Of a stretch of DNA of 56,339 nt, positions 28,092 through 38,832 are shown piece by piece. A program made the position numbers and the translations under genes. The stretch's first letter is position 1. Each line of letters opens with the position of its first letter. This DNA comes from an uncultured bacterium (GTDB taxonomy: Bacteria > Hydrothermota > UBA3072). The notes beneath the pieces were generated by a model. It was not told the DNA's origin. It saw only the letters and a program-made list of their open reading frames with translations, and searched no databases. The stretch lies in contig CAZGBM010000003.1 in the NCBI GenBank assembly GCA_964523975.1, positions 1 through 56,339 of the forward strand. The letters run 5' to 3'.

Positions 28092-29984
28092 TCAAGCTTC
28101 GTATAAGAGGTCGATTCTCTTGACTAAGATCTTCCAATCGTAATTTATTTTCACTCTTTCCTGCGCTTTTTCTCCAATTTCTTTTGATATTAAAGCTCTT
28201 TTTGTCTTGTCAATTAGATCGTCAAAAGCTTCCGGTTCGTATAGGTATCCATAATTCTCATTGCGTACTGCTTCTTTACAGCCGCTATGATCCGGAGCCA
28301 CAACGGGTTTACCCATTCCCATTGCCTCAAGAAGAACAGTTGGAAATCCTTCTCGTCTGCTTGTCATTACAAATACTTTACATGCGGATATGGCATTCAA
28401 TGTATCTTCATGTGAAATTTCGGGGACGAACATTAAATTTTTAGATATTGGTACTTTATAATTCTTAATTAAGTTTATTTTATTAATACCTTTTCCTAAC
28501 ATAAGAAAAATTACATCAGGCATTTGAGCTGCCAATTTAACAAAAATTTGTGGATTCTTGATTTCATTTATGTTGCCAACAAAAAGAATGAAATCTTTTA
28601 CTCCGAACTTTTTTATGAATTTTTCGGGATTTGCACTGTTGCATTTTTCCATATCAACACCATTGGGAATAATTAAAGATTGAATAGAATATTTCTCTAC
28701 CAGATAATCATGTACCCATTTTGATATCGAAATTTTAATATCTGCTTTGGAAGCAACTTTTACTAAGCTTTCATTAATTTTTTTCTGCCATGGTTGTAGC
28801 CCTCCGGAATAATCTTCTTCAAAATAAAAAGTATGATAAGTATGAATCCATTTATTAGTATTTCTTTTCGATGAATCACATAAACCTACAAACCAGGAAT
28901 TTACATGGGAGTGCAAGATATTATAATGATTAAGCCCGGTTTTGTTTATTGTTTTCTCATACATGCATTTTACTCTATTACTTTTATTTACAATATTCCT
29001 GATAAACTTAGAAGGAACTTCTTCCACTTTATGAGTAGAGTATTTCTTAATGCCAAATATATGCTGACTTACTCCTCCAGACTCATCAAACACTGGCCCT
29101 ATTGCAACCTTGAGTTGTTCTTTCTGAATTCGCCGGTTTCTTTTAGAAGACACGTCAACTTTCAGCGTTTTTTCGGTTTGCCTGGCCACCCAATTTTTCC
29201 AGCTGCTTACCAGGATAATATTATGTTTTTCGGTAATCCGTTTGTAAGACTTTTGGATAATATTTGTATCGTATCTGGTTAAAATAGCTCTTTTATCTTC
29301 GTTGTTTCTAAAACCACTATGGGTGTGTAGAAGCTCAACATCATGAATCAAACGAGCTTTTACTGGCTTTTCTGAAAGTACACCCCTAATACAGAGTTCA
29401 AAGTCCTCAAAACCTGTAAACATCTTGTTATCATAAACCCCTAAACGTTTAAAAAGATTCCGATTGACAATTGATGCTCCTCCCGGAAAAGTGTTTGTTA
29501 GATCGTTTTCGACCTCCAAATCATGAATCGCTTTATTTTCCACTATTCTTATTGAACGATACGAAACATAACTGTCTTCATGTACATTAAACAATAGAGG
29601 TATAAAGACTTCGATATCGGGGTACTCAGAAATATGATTTGTAAGTATTTGTAGCCAGTTCCTGGTTTTAACAACGATATCGCTGTCCACAAAAAATAGC
29701 CATTTCTCTTTTGTTTTATTTATCAAGTAGTTCCTTCCTACTCCTACTCCTAAATTCTTATCAGAGTCGAAAATCTTGACCTGTTTATAACTTTTGCAAA
29801 ATTCACCTAATATGCTTCGTGCTAAAGAAGAAGAACCATTATTTAAAATATAAATGTTTACGTCAGACAATAAGAAGCTTTTAATGCACTCAATAGTCTG
29901 TTCTACTCTTTCAAAGAATAAAACACATATAGCTATTTTTATTTTTTTTTCGTATGCATTGATTCCCCTTTTTTTCTTATTCAT
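28092..29984 (-). CDS. Bifunctional GT2 + GT4 glycosyltransferase
   Basis: N-terminal LFFVDSD (DxD) GT-A domain; C-terminal REGFPTVLLEAMGMGKP GT-B domain. Confidence 0.88.
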   Translation of the reverse strand: MNKKKRGINAYEKKIKIAICVLFFERVEQTIECIKSFLLSDVNIYILNNGSSSLARSILGEFCKSYKQVKIFDSDKNLGVGVGRNYLINKTKEKWLFFVDSDIVVKTRNWLQILTNHISEYPDIEVFIPLLFNVHEDSYVSYRSIRIVENKAIHDLEVENDLTNTFPGGASIVNRNLFKRLGVYDNKMFTGFEDFELCIRGVLSEKPVKARLIHDVELLHTHSGFRNNEDKRAILTRYDTNIIQKSYKRITEKHNIILVSSWKNWVARQTEKTLKVDVSSKRNRRIQKEQLKVAIGPVFDESGGVSQHIFGIKKYSTHKVEEVPSKFIRNIVNKSNRVKCMYEKTINKTGLNHYNILHSHVNSWFVGLCDSSKRNTNKWIHTYHTFYFEEDYSGGLQPWQKKINESLVKVASKADIKISISKWVHDYLVEKYSIQSLIIPNGVDMEKCNSANPEKFIKKFGVKDFILFVGNINEIKNPQIFVKLAAQMPDVIFLMLGKGINKINLIKNYKVPISKNLMFVPEISHEDTLNAISACKVFVMTSRREGFPTVLLEAMGMGKPVVAPDHSGCKEAVRNENYGYLYEPEAFDDLIDKTKRALISKEIGEKAQERVKINYDWKILVKRIDLLYEA

Positions 29985-29994
29985 AATCTATTTT

Positions 29995-30954
29995 TCAGGA
30001 TAAAATATCATTATTTATGTCTTTCATCCTAAGATTTGCTTCTTCGTAACTGATTTTGTCTTTTTCGAAGTCTTTTAATATTTTTGTTATTTTCTTTGAA
30101 AATCTAAGTCTATATAAGAGACAGTAAAGAGTTGCAACCTTTATTCTATTTAAAGTCAAAATCTGAATTAGTTTAAAAAGTGTATTAAAAGAAGAACCCT
30201 TAAAATTTTTTATTTTATATGTTGTAACATTAATGAATTGTACGGCAACTTTTCCGGCATCAGAAATTCTGTTTTTAACTTTAGCAAGAGCAACAAATAT
30301 GTTTTGCTCTATTAAGTTTTTTGCCTCGATATTGTCCGCATGTTTTCTCCACAAATAAAGGTATTCGGGAATGTTGGCTAAGAGATATTTCTTCAATACC
30401 CTTAACCATAGATCGTAATCCTGAGATCTTAACATGTTCTCATCGTATTGTCCTACTTTATTAAGGTATGTCCTTCGTATCATTGTAGAACCATGGTTTA
30501 TACAGTTACGAATTTCAAGAATTTTTCTAATTTGTTCGTCTTTAGTTGGTCTATCCAGAAGCCCAATAATTACGCTATCCTCGTCTATTATCTTTACTGA
30601 AGTACCTACTACGGCATGGTTTTTGTGTTTTTCAAGAAAATTCACTTCTGTTCTTAAACGTTCAGGGGCGGAAATATCGTCAGCGTCTTGCCGCGCTATA
30701 TACTCTCCTTTTGCAGCTCTTAAACCTTTATTTAAAGAGCGAGTTAATCCAATATTTTCTTTGTTGTTGATGATCTTTATCCTTGGATCATTATAATCAT
30801 ACAAAAATTTTTGAGTTTTATCAGTAGAACCGTCATTTATTATTATAAATTCAAAATCTTTAAAAGTCTGATTCAGTATACTATCAACAGCCTCGCGAAG
30901 ATATCTCTCTCCGTTGTAAACTGACATTAAGACCGTAACCTTCGGTTTAGTTAT
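29995..30954 (-). CDS. GT2 family glycosyltransferase
   Basis: KVTVLMSVYNGERYLREAVDSIL, IARQDADD, DYDLWLR; probable ATA start behind GGAGG (ORF track start is 30987). Confidence 0.9.
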   Translation of the reverse strand: MTKPKVTVLMSVYNGERYLREAVDSILNQTFKDFEFIIINDGSTDKTQKFLYDYNDPRIKIINNKENIGLTRSLNKGLRAAKGEYIARQDADDISAPERLRTEVNFLEKHKNHAVVGTSVKIIDEDSVIIGLLDRPTKDEQIRKILEIRNCINHGSTMIRRTYLNKVGQYDENMLRSQDYDLWLRVLKKYLLANIPEYLYLWRKHADNIEAKNLIEQNIFVALAKVKNRISDAGKVAVQFINVTTYKIKNFKGSSFNTLFKLIQILTLNRIKVATLYCLLYRLRFSKKITKILKDFEKDKISYEEANLRMKDINNDILS

Positions 30955-31732
30955 GATTGCCTCCTGTTTTCGTTGGTTCGGCAACACACCATATTTCTCC
31001 CCATTTATATTCTAATCTTGAAGGCTTGAGTCCCGCACTATTAAGTTCTTCTAAAAAGTTTTCATGCGTGTATTCGATAAAATGTGTCGCATCCAATCTG
31101 TAATCCAGTCCTAATTCTTTTTTTAAAGGGACTCTCCAATCTCTTTCAAAAACAGGTACCCGGATTATGAAACGCTCAGGGTTAAACTTCTGTGTTAGAC
31201 TTTTAAGAAAATCCACTCTTTTATCGATATGTTCAAGAACATTAGACATTGTAATAACGTCGAATTTCCCTTCAGGTAGTTCTTTCAAAACATCACCTTT
31301 AACGAAACCGAGATTCTCATGAGAGTAATGACTGCGCGCAAACTCAATATTTTTTTCATTAAGTTCAATCCCGGTGACTTTTACTCCTTTAACTTTTGTT
31401 GCCATATCGTAGCTAAGAAATCCGTTACCGGAGCCGATATCCAGAATTTTTTCATTTGGGTTAAGATGCTTCACGAAGAAGTCGTGATATTTAATGTGTT
31501 TGTGTTTTGTATGAATTCCTCCGCCGTATTTTACCGAAGTCTCACCTTCTAATAAATAAAGCTTGTTCTCAAATTCAAAAAGAAACTTTAAAGCCTTTTT
31601 GGGGTCAATTTCGTAAATTATTTTTCGAAACAGACGAATAAGAATTTCGGCATTTTCAAAAGGTGATTTACGCTTTAAAATTCCGGCAAATATATTTAGT
31701 AACAAATTTAATCTACGAGATTTCATTTCCAC
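30947..31732 (-). CDS. Class I SAM-dependent methyltransferase
   Basis: ILDIGSGNG motif I, FDVITMSNVLEHI. Confidence 0.88.
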   Translation of the reverse strand: MEMKSRRLNLLLNIFAGILKRKSPFENAEILIRLFRKIIYEIDPKKALKFLFEFENKLYLLEGETSVKYGGGIHTKHKHIKYHDFFVKHLNPNEKILDIGSGNGFLSYDMATKVKGVKVTGIELNEKNIEFARSHYSHENLGFVKGDVLKELPEGKFDVITMSNVLEHIDKRVDFLKSLTQKFNPERFIIRVPVFERDWRVPLKKELGLDYRLDATHFIEYTHENFLEELNSAGLKPSRLEYKWGEIWCVAEPTKTGGNHN

Positions 31733-32862
31733 ATAACTTCTCTTATAGCTTCCATTTCCATTTTAAAAATCTTATCCAGAGAATAATTGCTCAAGACATA
31801 ATCTCTTGCATTTTTCCTCATTTTCTTCTGAAGCGATTCATCAAAAGCTACTAAATTAAGAGCGTCTACAATACTTTTATAATCGGTACCGCACAAGTAA
31901 CCGGTTTCCATATGATCGATAACTTCATTTATCCCCGTAACGTTGCAGCCAATACACGGGAGTCCACAACCCATAGCTTCAATGAGTGTTTTTGGATGGC
32001 CTTCATATTTGGAAGGCAGAATGAAAATCTTTGATTTGTTAAGAAACAACGGTAATTCAAAATTCGGGACATTGTCTCTGAAGATAACATCGAGATCATA
32101 CTGAACGGCCAATTTTCTTAACTTTTTATCTCTATAGCTACCACCTATTAAAAGTAAAGATAGGTTTTTATTTTTTTTCTTTAAAAAATGGAGAGCTTTT
32201 AACAGGCTCCCCAAATTTTTCCCCTCATCTGAACGACCTACATAGATTAGATCAAATTCCTTTTCTAAACCGGAATACGGTTTAAAAATTTCAGTAATGA
32301 CATAATTTGGAATAACTTTTACTTTTTCCGGATCTATGTTGTAATTCTTAACGACGAAGTCTTTTTGCCATTTAGCTGTAACAATTCCTAAATCCGCAGA
32401 AGTAAATGCTTTTGCTTCTAATTGAATGGCTTTTTCTATTTTTTTCTTATCTTTTGTTTGTTTTCTGGTACAATAACTGTGCAGATAACCGCATCTCACA
32501 ATCAGTTTTTTTTCGAAATGTTTTTTTATCCATATAGGAATTTCAGAGCCATGTATCTGGTTCGTTTTCAATATATCTGTATTCTTGATTTCAGGATGAT
32601 GTTTTGCCAATAAATGGAGAATGGTGAATGGTTGTCTTTTATACCAGTTTATTGGTAATAGCTTGATGGCCCCGATTCTGTTAGCGTATATTTTATCTTG
32701 TTTACCCCCATAGGTAACAAAATTAACTCCCTTTAAATGATTGGTTAATCTCTTATAAATTTCAACTTCTCTATCAAGATTCCCAACCTGCGCCCAGGTC
32801 TTTAAAGTGATTCCCCCTGTAAAAAATAAAGTCAAGGTTGTATCTTTCAATTTTTTAATCAT
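31723..32862 (-). CDS. GT4 family glycosyltransferase
   Basis: YVGRSDEGKN, EGHPKTLIEAMGCGLP. Confidence 0.9.
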   Translation of the reverse strand: MIKKLKDTTLTLFFTGGITLKTWAQVGNLDREVEIYKRLTNHLKGVNFVTYGGKQDKIYANRIGAIKLLPINWYKRQPFTILHLLAKHHPEIKNTDILKTNQIHGSEIPIWIKKHFEKKLIVRCGYLHSYCTRKQTKDKKKIEKAIQLEAKAFTSADLGIVTAKWQKDFVVKNYNIDPEKVKVIPNYVITEIFKPYSGLEKEFDLIYVGRSDEGKNLGSLLKALHFLKKKNKNLSLLLIGGSYRDKKLRKLAVQYDLDVIFRDNVPNFELPLFLNKSKIFILPSKYEGHPKTLIEAMGCGLPCIGCNVTGINEVIDHMETGYLCGTDYKSIVDALNLVAFDESLQKKMRKNARDYVLSNYSLDKIFKMEMEAIREVMWK

Positions 32863-34892
32863 TTATATACAACCCCTTCAATAATTTCTAAATATTTCTT
32901 TACAGTCTCTTTTATAGATGTCACCTGAATTAGATTTCTAAAGAAGTCATAGTTTTCAACTATTTTATCAAGTAATGCTGGAATATCCTCATAAGTTTCA
33001 AATCCCAGGCCGCCATTTTGCACAATTTCCGGATGGCCGCCCTGATTTAAATATACGACCGGTAAACCGCATGAAAGTGCTTCCAATACGGCATTGGAGC
33101 AGGGGTCGTTTTGACTCGCTGCGATAAAAATATCTTGTCTTCTCAATATTTCTGCCAATTGCTTTGAACTCTGCGGCGGAATGCGTCTTATATTGTCGAA
33201 CTTAATAGGTGTTCTTCCGACAAATGTGTATTCGAATTTATCCCAATCGAGGTTTTCGTCAAGCCATTTATAACAGCTAAATCCTTTCCTTATATTATCC
33301 GACCAGGAAGAACTAATTAATCTAACCTTCCTGTTTTTTAAACCAGAATATTTCTTGGGAGGATAAAATATTTCATGATCAACAGAGTTTAGAACTATAT
33401 ATGGATTGACCGGGTTAAATCCAAGTTCTTTTGATTTTTTGTAGCACCAAAACGATTGGAATATTGTAACATCCGCTATACTTGAATTAATTTCAAAACA
33501 TTTCTCGTCCAACTCGGCATCCTTGCCTCTGACTAATTGAATTGGGCCGTCTATTCTTTGAACAATTTTCAAATCTATATGTTTACTCTTAATATTTAAT
33601 AAGCTTTTTCCAAATTCCTTAATATTGTAAGGAGATGCGCTAAAAATGATTGCTCTTGTATCTTTAGCAATTTTATTCACGCTTATTTTATAGCCAAACT
33701 TCCTCATATATTTCCTTAGGGCTATCATAAATTGGTTCCCGCCGCCCCAGGGAGGTTTATGAAAAGTATGAAATAAAGCGATCTTTTTTTTTCTTTTTTT
33801 ATTAAATTTCAGTTTTTTAAAAAATACTATAGTCTTACTACTGGAAGACTGTTCTGTATCCTTGGGATTAAAAGCATTGTATTTAAATGGTTCGCATTGA
33901 TCTAGGTGGGCATAAACTTCTTTATATTTAGCTCCTCTGCTAGAAGCGGAATGCTCCTGTGTTTTTTTGAAATTGTAATCAATCGTATCATTTAAATAAC
34001 CTGAGTTTATATCTTTTAAGATTGAATCAACAGCCTCTAATGGATGATTATAAATGCACCTCTTATCCAAAATATCTTCTGCAAGACCTGCATTGGAGCT
34101 AATTATCTTGCACTTTGTCGCGGAAGATTCAAGGACAGATTTTGGGCCTCCTTCCCATCGACTGCTCACGACATATAAATCTATTAGATTGTAAAATAAA
34201 TTTATTTCGATGTGAGAGAGGGTATTTAGATAAATATCCTCGTCATTAGTAATTTTACCTATAAACGTAAAAGGTATCCCATACTCGTTTAGTTTTTTTC
34301 TTATCCAAAATCTACGGGGTCCGGCGAGCACAACATGGATATTTTTATTGGTTTCAAATACTTTATTCAAAATCTCTGCAAGTATATCGGGGCCTTTTTG
34401 CAATTTTGGACTTTTTAAATCTTTCCCTACTGTGTCTCTCTGGAAACTCCCGATAAGATATTTATCAGTCGGAATACCCCATTTATTTAAAATATCCTTG
34501 ACCCTTTTGTTATTTTTAGGAAGATGATAAAAATTAGAAGAATCATATCCGGCAGGGACCACTGTAGATAAAATCCCGAATTCAGTAAGTCTATTAAACG
34601 CTTGATTTGATGGTGCAATCCAAATATTTACTAATTTTAGTATTTTTCTGAAATTTGGAAGGAGCATACGATGATACGGATCATTTGCAATTTGACAAAT
34701 TATTCTCTTTCCATTTAACTCACAGAGCGGTATATTAAATAGAGCCTCCCACCAAACCGAATGTACGATATCACATTCTTTCAGCTCTGTGAACCTGACA
34801 AAGTTAAGTGAATCTTTTGCGTTTTGAAGATCATCGTCCAGTGCCCAATTTACATTATCCCCGCCAGTCAGAAAAACCTTTATTTTATTCAT
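32859..34892 (-). CDS. Tandem double GT4-like glycosyltransferase
   Basis: Two acceptor/nucleotide motifs: WEGGPKSVLESSA and NDPCSNAVLEALSCGLP. Confidence 0.82.
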   Translation of the reverse strand: MNKIKVFLTGGDNVNWALDDDLQNAKDSLNFVRFTELKECDIVHSVWWEALFNIPLCELNGKRIICQIANDPYHRMLLPNFRKILKLVNIWIAPSNQAFNRLTEFGILSTVVPAGYDSSNFYHLPKNNKRVKDILNKWGIPTDKYLIGSFQRDTVGKDLKSPKLQKGPDILAEILNKVFETNKNIHVVLAGPRRFWIRKKLNEYGIPFTFIGKITNDEDIYLNTLSHIEINLFYNLIDLYVVSSRWEGGPKSVLESSATKCKIISSNAGLAEDILDKRCIYNHPLEAVDSILKDINSGYLNDTIDYNFKKTQEHSASSRGAKYKEVYAHLDQCEPFKYNAFNPKDTEQSSSSKTIVFFKKLKFNKKRKKKIALFHTFHKPPWGGGNQFMIALRKYMRKFGYKISVNKIAKDTRAIIFSASPYNIKEFGKSLLNIKSKHIDLKIVQRIDGPIQLVRGKDAELDEKCFEINSSIADVTIFQSFWCYKKSKELGFNPVNPYIVLNSVDHEIFYPPKKYSGLKNRKVRLISSSWSDNIRKGFSCYKWLDENLDWDKFEYTFVGRTPIKFDNIRRIPPQSSKQLAEILRRQDIFIAASQNDPCSNAVLEALSCGLPVVYLNQGGHPEIVQNGGLGFETYEDIPALLDKIVENYDFFRNLIQVTSIKETVKKYLEIIEGVVYK

Positions 34893-35937
34893 CTTCTCTA
34901 AAAAAAAGCTTTTTAATTTTTCCCATTATTTTTTGATAGCTAGATGTTTCTGTACTCCAAGTTAATCCAACTCTTTCACATTCTTCTCTAACAACGTTAT
35001 GAACATCATTATGTTTAGTTGTAAACTCTAATAAGTCTTTTGGAATGTTAGTCTTTATTAACCTCTTACTGGTTGCCATCTCTCGAATTTTACTTCTTAA
35101 ACTATTTATAATTTTTTCATTACTTAAATCCTCCCCCCCAAAATTTAATCTATAAGGACCAGGTAATTTCTTATATCCCCTAAAAGAAGTCCTTTTTTGT
35201 TTAATAATAAATTCATCAGGTAGAAAGTTAACATCAGTATTGATAAAATATTTATCTAAATAAAAGATTCTATGGTCATTTGGATTACTGTAACCCTTAG
35301 GGGTTTCTCCGTTCAACAGCCTTTCTATCGCATCATTACTTTCAATTAGCAATGGACGCGGTAAATCTACTGTATTTTCACCATCAAACCATTTAGTTGT
35401 ATCTATAGGCTCATCAAATATCCTGAACAAATTTTGTTCCGTTTGTTTATAATTTACCATGCCGTATCCAAATTCACTGTTGGTTTTGAAAAAAGTGTTT
35501 TTTTGACGGTAAGGGAACACATAACGGCTTCCTAATAAATAGTATCTTCCTACAGATACGACTTTATATTTCTCAGGTAAGTTTGTAAGTATCTTTTTAA
35601 TGTTGAGAAACATCTTTTCTGGAAATATCTCATCATATAAAACCCTAAAACACCAATCTCCTTTTACATGTAGTTGACCAAAGGTTAAATTTCTTGTTAT
35701 CTGAGTCCAATCAAAATCATCTTTCCATGGAAAAGTATATAATTTTACTTTCGGATTATTTAGATTACTAATATAGTCGTACGTAGACATTTCGCAATTT
35801 TGAAGTTTCCTTTTTCCTCCGTGAATTACAATAACTTCATCAGAAAACTTCAAAACGCTATTTAATGAAATAGTCCATGGTATATAATCATTCTGTAAAA
35901 ATTCATCTATCAGAAAAATCGCAGATACTGTTTCCAT
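34885..35937 (-). CDS. Glycosyltransferase-like protein (GT-A/GT2-like)
   Basis: SVLKFSDEVIVIHGG, GDWCFRVLYDE; position in the glycan locus. Confidence 0.55.
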   Translation of the reverse strand: METVSAIFLIDEFLQNDYIPWTISLNSVLKFSDEVIVIHGGKRKLQNCEMSTYDYISNLNNPKVKLYTFPWKDDFDWTQITRNLTFGQLHVKGDWCFRVLYDEIFPEKMFLNIKKILTNLPEKYKVVSVGRYYLLGSRYVFPYRQKNTFFKTNSEFGYGMVNYKQTEQNLFRIFDEPIDTTKWFDGENTVDLPRPLLIESNDAIERLLNGETPKGYSNPNDHRIFYLDKYFINTDVNFLPDEFIIKQKRTSFRGYKKLPGPYRLNFGGEDLSNEKIINSLRSKIREMATSKRLIKTNIPKDLLEFTTKHNDVHNVVREECERVGLTWSTETSSYQKIMGKIKKLFFREDE

Positions 35938-36094
35938 TGATCTTTTTAGTTTACCCCTTCATTTCTATTAATTTGGAGGTGTTACCGGTTTTTCTAATCC
36001 GCATTGCTTCATATAGCCATTCAATATTTGTTTTAAAGTTTGAACTCTCATTCTATTTTCCTTTCTTTCTGTAGATTGGTCTTCCTATATTATT

Positions 36095-36607
36095 TCAATT
36101 ATTTAAAGAACCTGACAAAACGAGAAAATGACTCTCAATAAAATCGAGAGTCTCATCTCTCTGTTTGGCGGCGCTCAAGGTATCTAAACCTTTTCCTTCG
36201 GATTTAATAAAATCAAAAACAAATATCCCATTTTTATCAAGTAAATTGTATAGGTGTTTCACCACGGATAAAGGCCGCGGAAGATGTTCCAGTACTTGTA
36301 TGCGAAAAATCATATCATAATTACCAGAAAGTCCGTCATCAATTTCAGGATTGATAAGAAACGGTTTTATAAACTGGTGCTTTGAAAGTCGCCATCCTGC
36401 AAGTAAGTTCGCACGGATTAATTTTTCATATAAACCTTTTCTCCTGAGACGTCTAAATATCTTATATCTCAAAGGGTAATAAAAATATCTCCTGTAAAAC
36501 GAAAGGCTCTGTCCGCTTTTGAATTTTACTTGAGGATCAAATAATATCTTTTGTTTTCCCCAGAGGTTTTCAATGTCTAACTCGACTTTATCATATTTAT
36601 TTGCCAT
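36095..36607 (-). pseudogene. Truncated or internally deleted methyltransferase
   Basis: Keeps YDMIFRIQVLEHLPRP (post-II) but lacks SAM motif I; the frame stays open after the TGA (NNIGRPIYRKKGK*). Confidence 0.55.
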
Positions 36608-36619
36608 ACTTTATGCTCC

Positions 36620-38191
36620 CTAACGTTTAACTGCTACTATTCCATACCCGGTAGTAAATCTATTAAAAAATTTATGCTTCTTAAAATATGGCTTCTTCTC
36701 GAGCTCAAAAGCCTTCTTTTCTCCCCAGGCAACCGATTTGTGGAATAATCTCCTTTTCAACCTATTCTTTGGTTTTTTCTCTTTTTGCATCTCATAAGCA
36801 AAAGTCTTTACCATATTTGCAAGAACACTAAAAAACAAACCTTGTTTCTCAATAAAAATGTCAGAAAACTCTATTTCTTTAAGAGTGTTTTTCCAATAAA
36901 AACCAGTATATCTGCCGTAATCATACGGATCCGCGTGAATATGGAACATAAAGGGCGCACACAAAAGCAAGACTCCTTCGGGTTTCAAGACCCGATAAGC
37001 TTCACGAAGAACTGCTTTTGGGTCAGGAACGTGCTCTAAAAGTTCAGAACAAATAACTCCATCGAAAAGGTTATCTTTAACATTGATATTTGTTGCGTCA
37101 CAAAGGTAGTCCGGTTCTGTTTTCTCATCTATGTTTACATATTCCACTCTAAATTCATATTTTTCAATATCGAACTGTCCTCGTTTCCTCTTTTTCTTTC
37201 CTCCAATGTCCAAAATCCTTCCACCTTTCGGAAAGTAAGAGATAGCGCGTGAGTAAAACTCATCCACATAATAACGGCGAACAGAATAACCCATATTTTT
37301 AAAGCAAGGCTGAATAATATTGGTCCCACCTAACTTAGACAAAATATATCTTTCCCCAAATTTAATCCACTCTTGCGGTAAAGTTTTTCCTTTAAAATCC
37401 CCTTTCTTTTCAGATTTAACAACCCCTCTACCGAGATGCAAAAAAAAGATTTGATTGTTTTCATCAAAAGAACGATCAACATTGAGCCTTTTTAGTGGAG
37501 AATTATCCGGGATCAGCCGAATAAGGCTGGTATCATGCAGGGTATTAGGAAAGGCAAAAATGTCAAAACCTGCTTTCCGAATACCCGAAATAGCCAGATC
37601 TCCGGCATCATAATCAGGTAATCGGGGAAGAAAACTTAATTTTAATTTTTTTAAAATTTGAAAGTCTATAATACAACCAAGTATATGTAAAGTACCCTCC
37701 GGAATTCTGCCCTTATCCATTCTTACTCCGACAGCTTTAATCTTGTTATCCATTTTTGATAACATAGTTGACAACCATCCATTTTTGCACACCATTGTGT
37801 CCTGATGGAATGTCATTATATATTGAGTTTTATTATTTATGATATGAGAAGCCAGTTCTAATCCAACTCCATTGTCATAACTTGCCATTTTTATATATCG
37901 AGAACGATTGAAAATAACATTTATGCCTGGAAACTTATAAAGCCAATTTACACTTATCTCGGGAGAGTTGTTGTCAACTACCCATAACTCATATTCTTCC
38001 GGGGTATATTCTTGAATGCTTTTTAAGCAAATTTCAAGAATTTTTCTGGTTAATTTATTAGGTAAATAGGAAACAATTATTAATTTAGTTGAAGCATTTT
38101 TTCCCGGCTTTTCTCTTTTAATAAAAATATTGTATTGATTGCCATCGATAATTATTCTTTGGGTTTCTAATTGTTCTATTAGTTGATTCAT
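36620..38191 (-). CDS. GT2-like glycosyltransferase fused to a SAM methyltransferase
   Basis: N-terminal LWVVDNNS and FHQDT; C-terminal ILDIGG and FDGVICSELLEHVPDP. Confidence 0.82.
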   Translation of the reverse strand: MNQLIEQLETQRIIIDGNQYNIFIKREKPGKNASTKLIIVSYLPNKLTRKILEICLKSIQEYTPEEYELWVVDNNSPEISVNWLYKFPGINVIFNRSRYIKMASYDNGVGLELASHIINNKTQYIMTFHQDTMVCKNGWLSTMLSKMDNKIKAVGVRMDKGRIPEGTLHILGCIIDFQILKKLKLSFLPRLPDYDAGDLAISGIRKAGFDIFAFPNTLHDTSLIRLIPDNSPLKRLNVDRSFDENNQIFFLHLGRGVVKSEKKGDFKGKTLPQEWIKFGERYILSKLGGTNIIQPCFKNMGYSVRRYYVDEFYSRAISYFPKGGRILDIGGKKKRKRGQFDIEKYEFRVEYVNIDEKTEPDYLCDATNINVKDNLFDGVICSELLEHVPDPKAVLREAYRVLKPEGVLLLCAPFMFHIHADPYDYGRYTGFYWKNTLKEIEFSDIFIEKQGLFFSVLANMVKTFAYEMQKEKKPKNRLKRRLFHKSVAWGEKKAFELEKKPYFKKHKFFNRFTTGYGIVAVKR

Positions 38192-38826
38192 TATTCTTTT
38201 TCTCCGACAATCAATATACTATCACACCAATCGATACGATAAATACGATTGATATACTTTGCCAGTGTTCTTTCTATAATTCCCTGAGGATGCCTTTTGC
38301 TATATCGTGATATTTCAATCACCTTAAGATTTGCGTACTTATATAACATATAAAGAGCTTTATAATCCCAAGCTGTTATATGAGTTATGTTTGTTTGTTG
38401 TCTGATTGGGTGTTGAATATTTGGAACAGTGGAAATAAAATACCCCTTTTCTTTCAGATGCCGGGCAAGATCACAGACTAAATTTATACTATCCTCCACA
38501 GTAATATGTTCGAAAAACTGGTTTGCCGTAATTAAAGAAAATAATTCATCTTCAGGTATCTCTTCAATTGAATTATAATCGAATTTTACGCATGGGTCAT
38601 TGTCCAGTGAAAAATACAGATCATCTCCCAGATTCAAACATTTCTGTACAGGTTTCTCTTTTCCGGCGCCGATATCCAATACTTTTCCTCCGGAGTATAT
38701 TTCGGATATTTTTTTATACGGTCCATTTATAATTGGCAAGTCCTCAATAGAACCGAATTTCTTAATACATTCTTTTAAGCAGTCAGAGTAAAAGCCATAT
38801 CCAAATTTCTGTTTTTTATCTCTCAT
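38191..38826 (-). CDS. Class I SAM-dependent methyltransferase
   Basis: VLDIGAG, LITANQFFEHI. Confidence 0.8.
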   Translation of the reverse strand: MRDKKQKFGYGFYSDCLKECIKKFGSIEDLPIINGPYKKISEIYSGGKVLDIGAGKEKPVQKCLNLGDDLYFSLDNDPCVKFDYNSIEEIPEDELFSLITANQFFEHITVEDSINLVCDLARHLKEKGYFISTVPNIQHPIRQQTNITHITAWDYKALYMLYKYANLKVIEISRYSKRHPQGIIERTLAKYINRIYRIDWCDSILIVGEKE

Positions 38827-38832
38827 AGATTT

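Noticed and set aside
29940-29975. Poly-T/A tracts in glycosyltransferase genes as phase-variation switches
   Set aside because: Runs of 9 nt or less are expected in this AT-rich, Lys-rich sequence and the frames are intact
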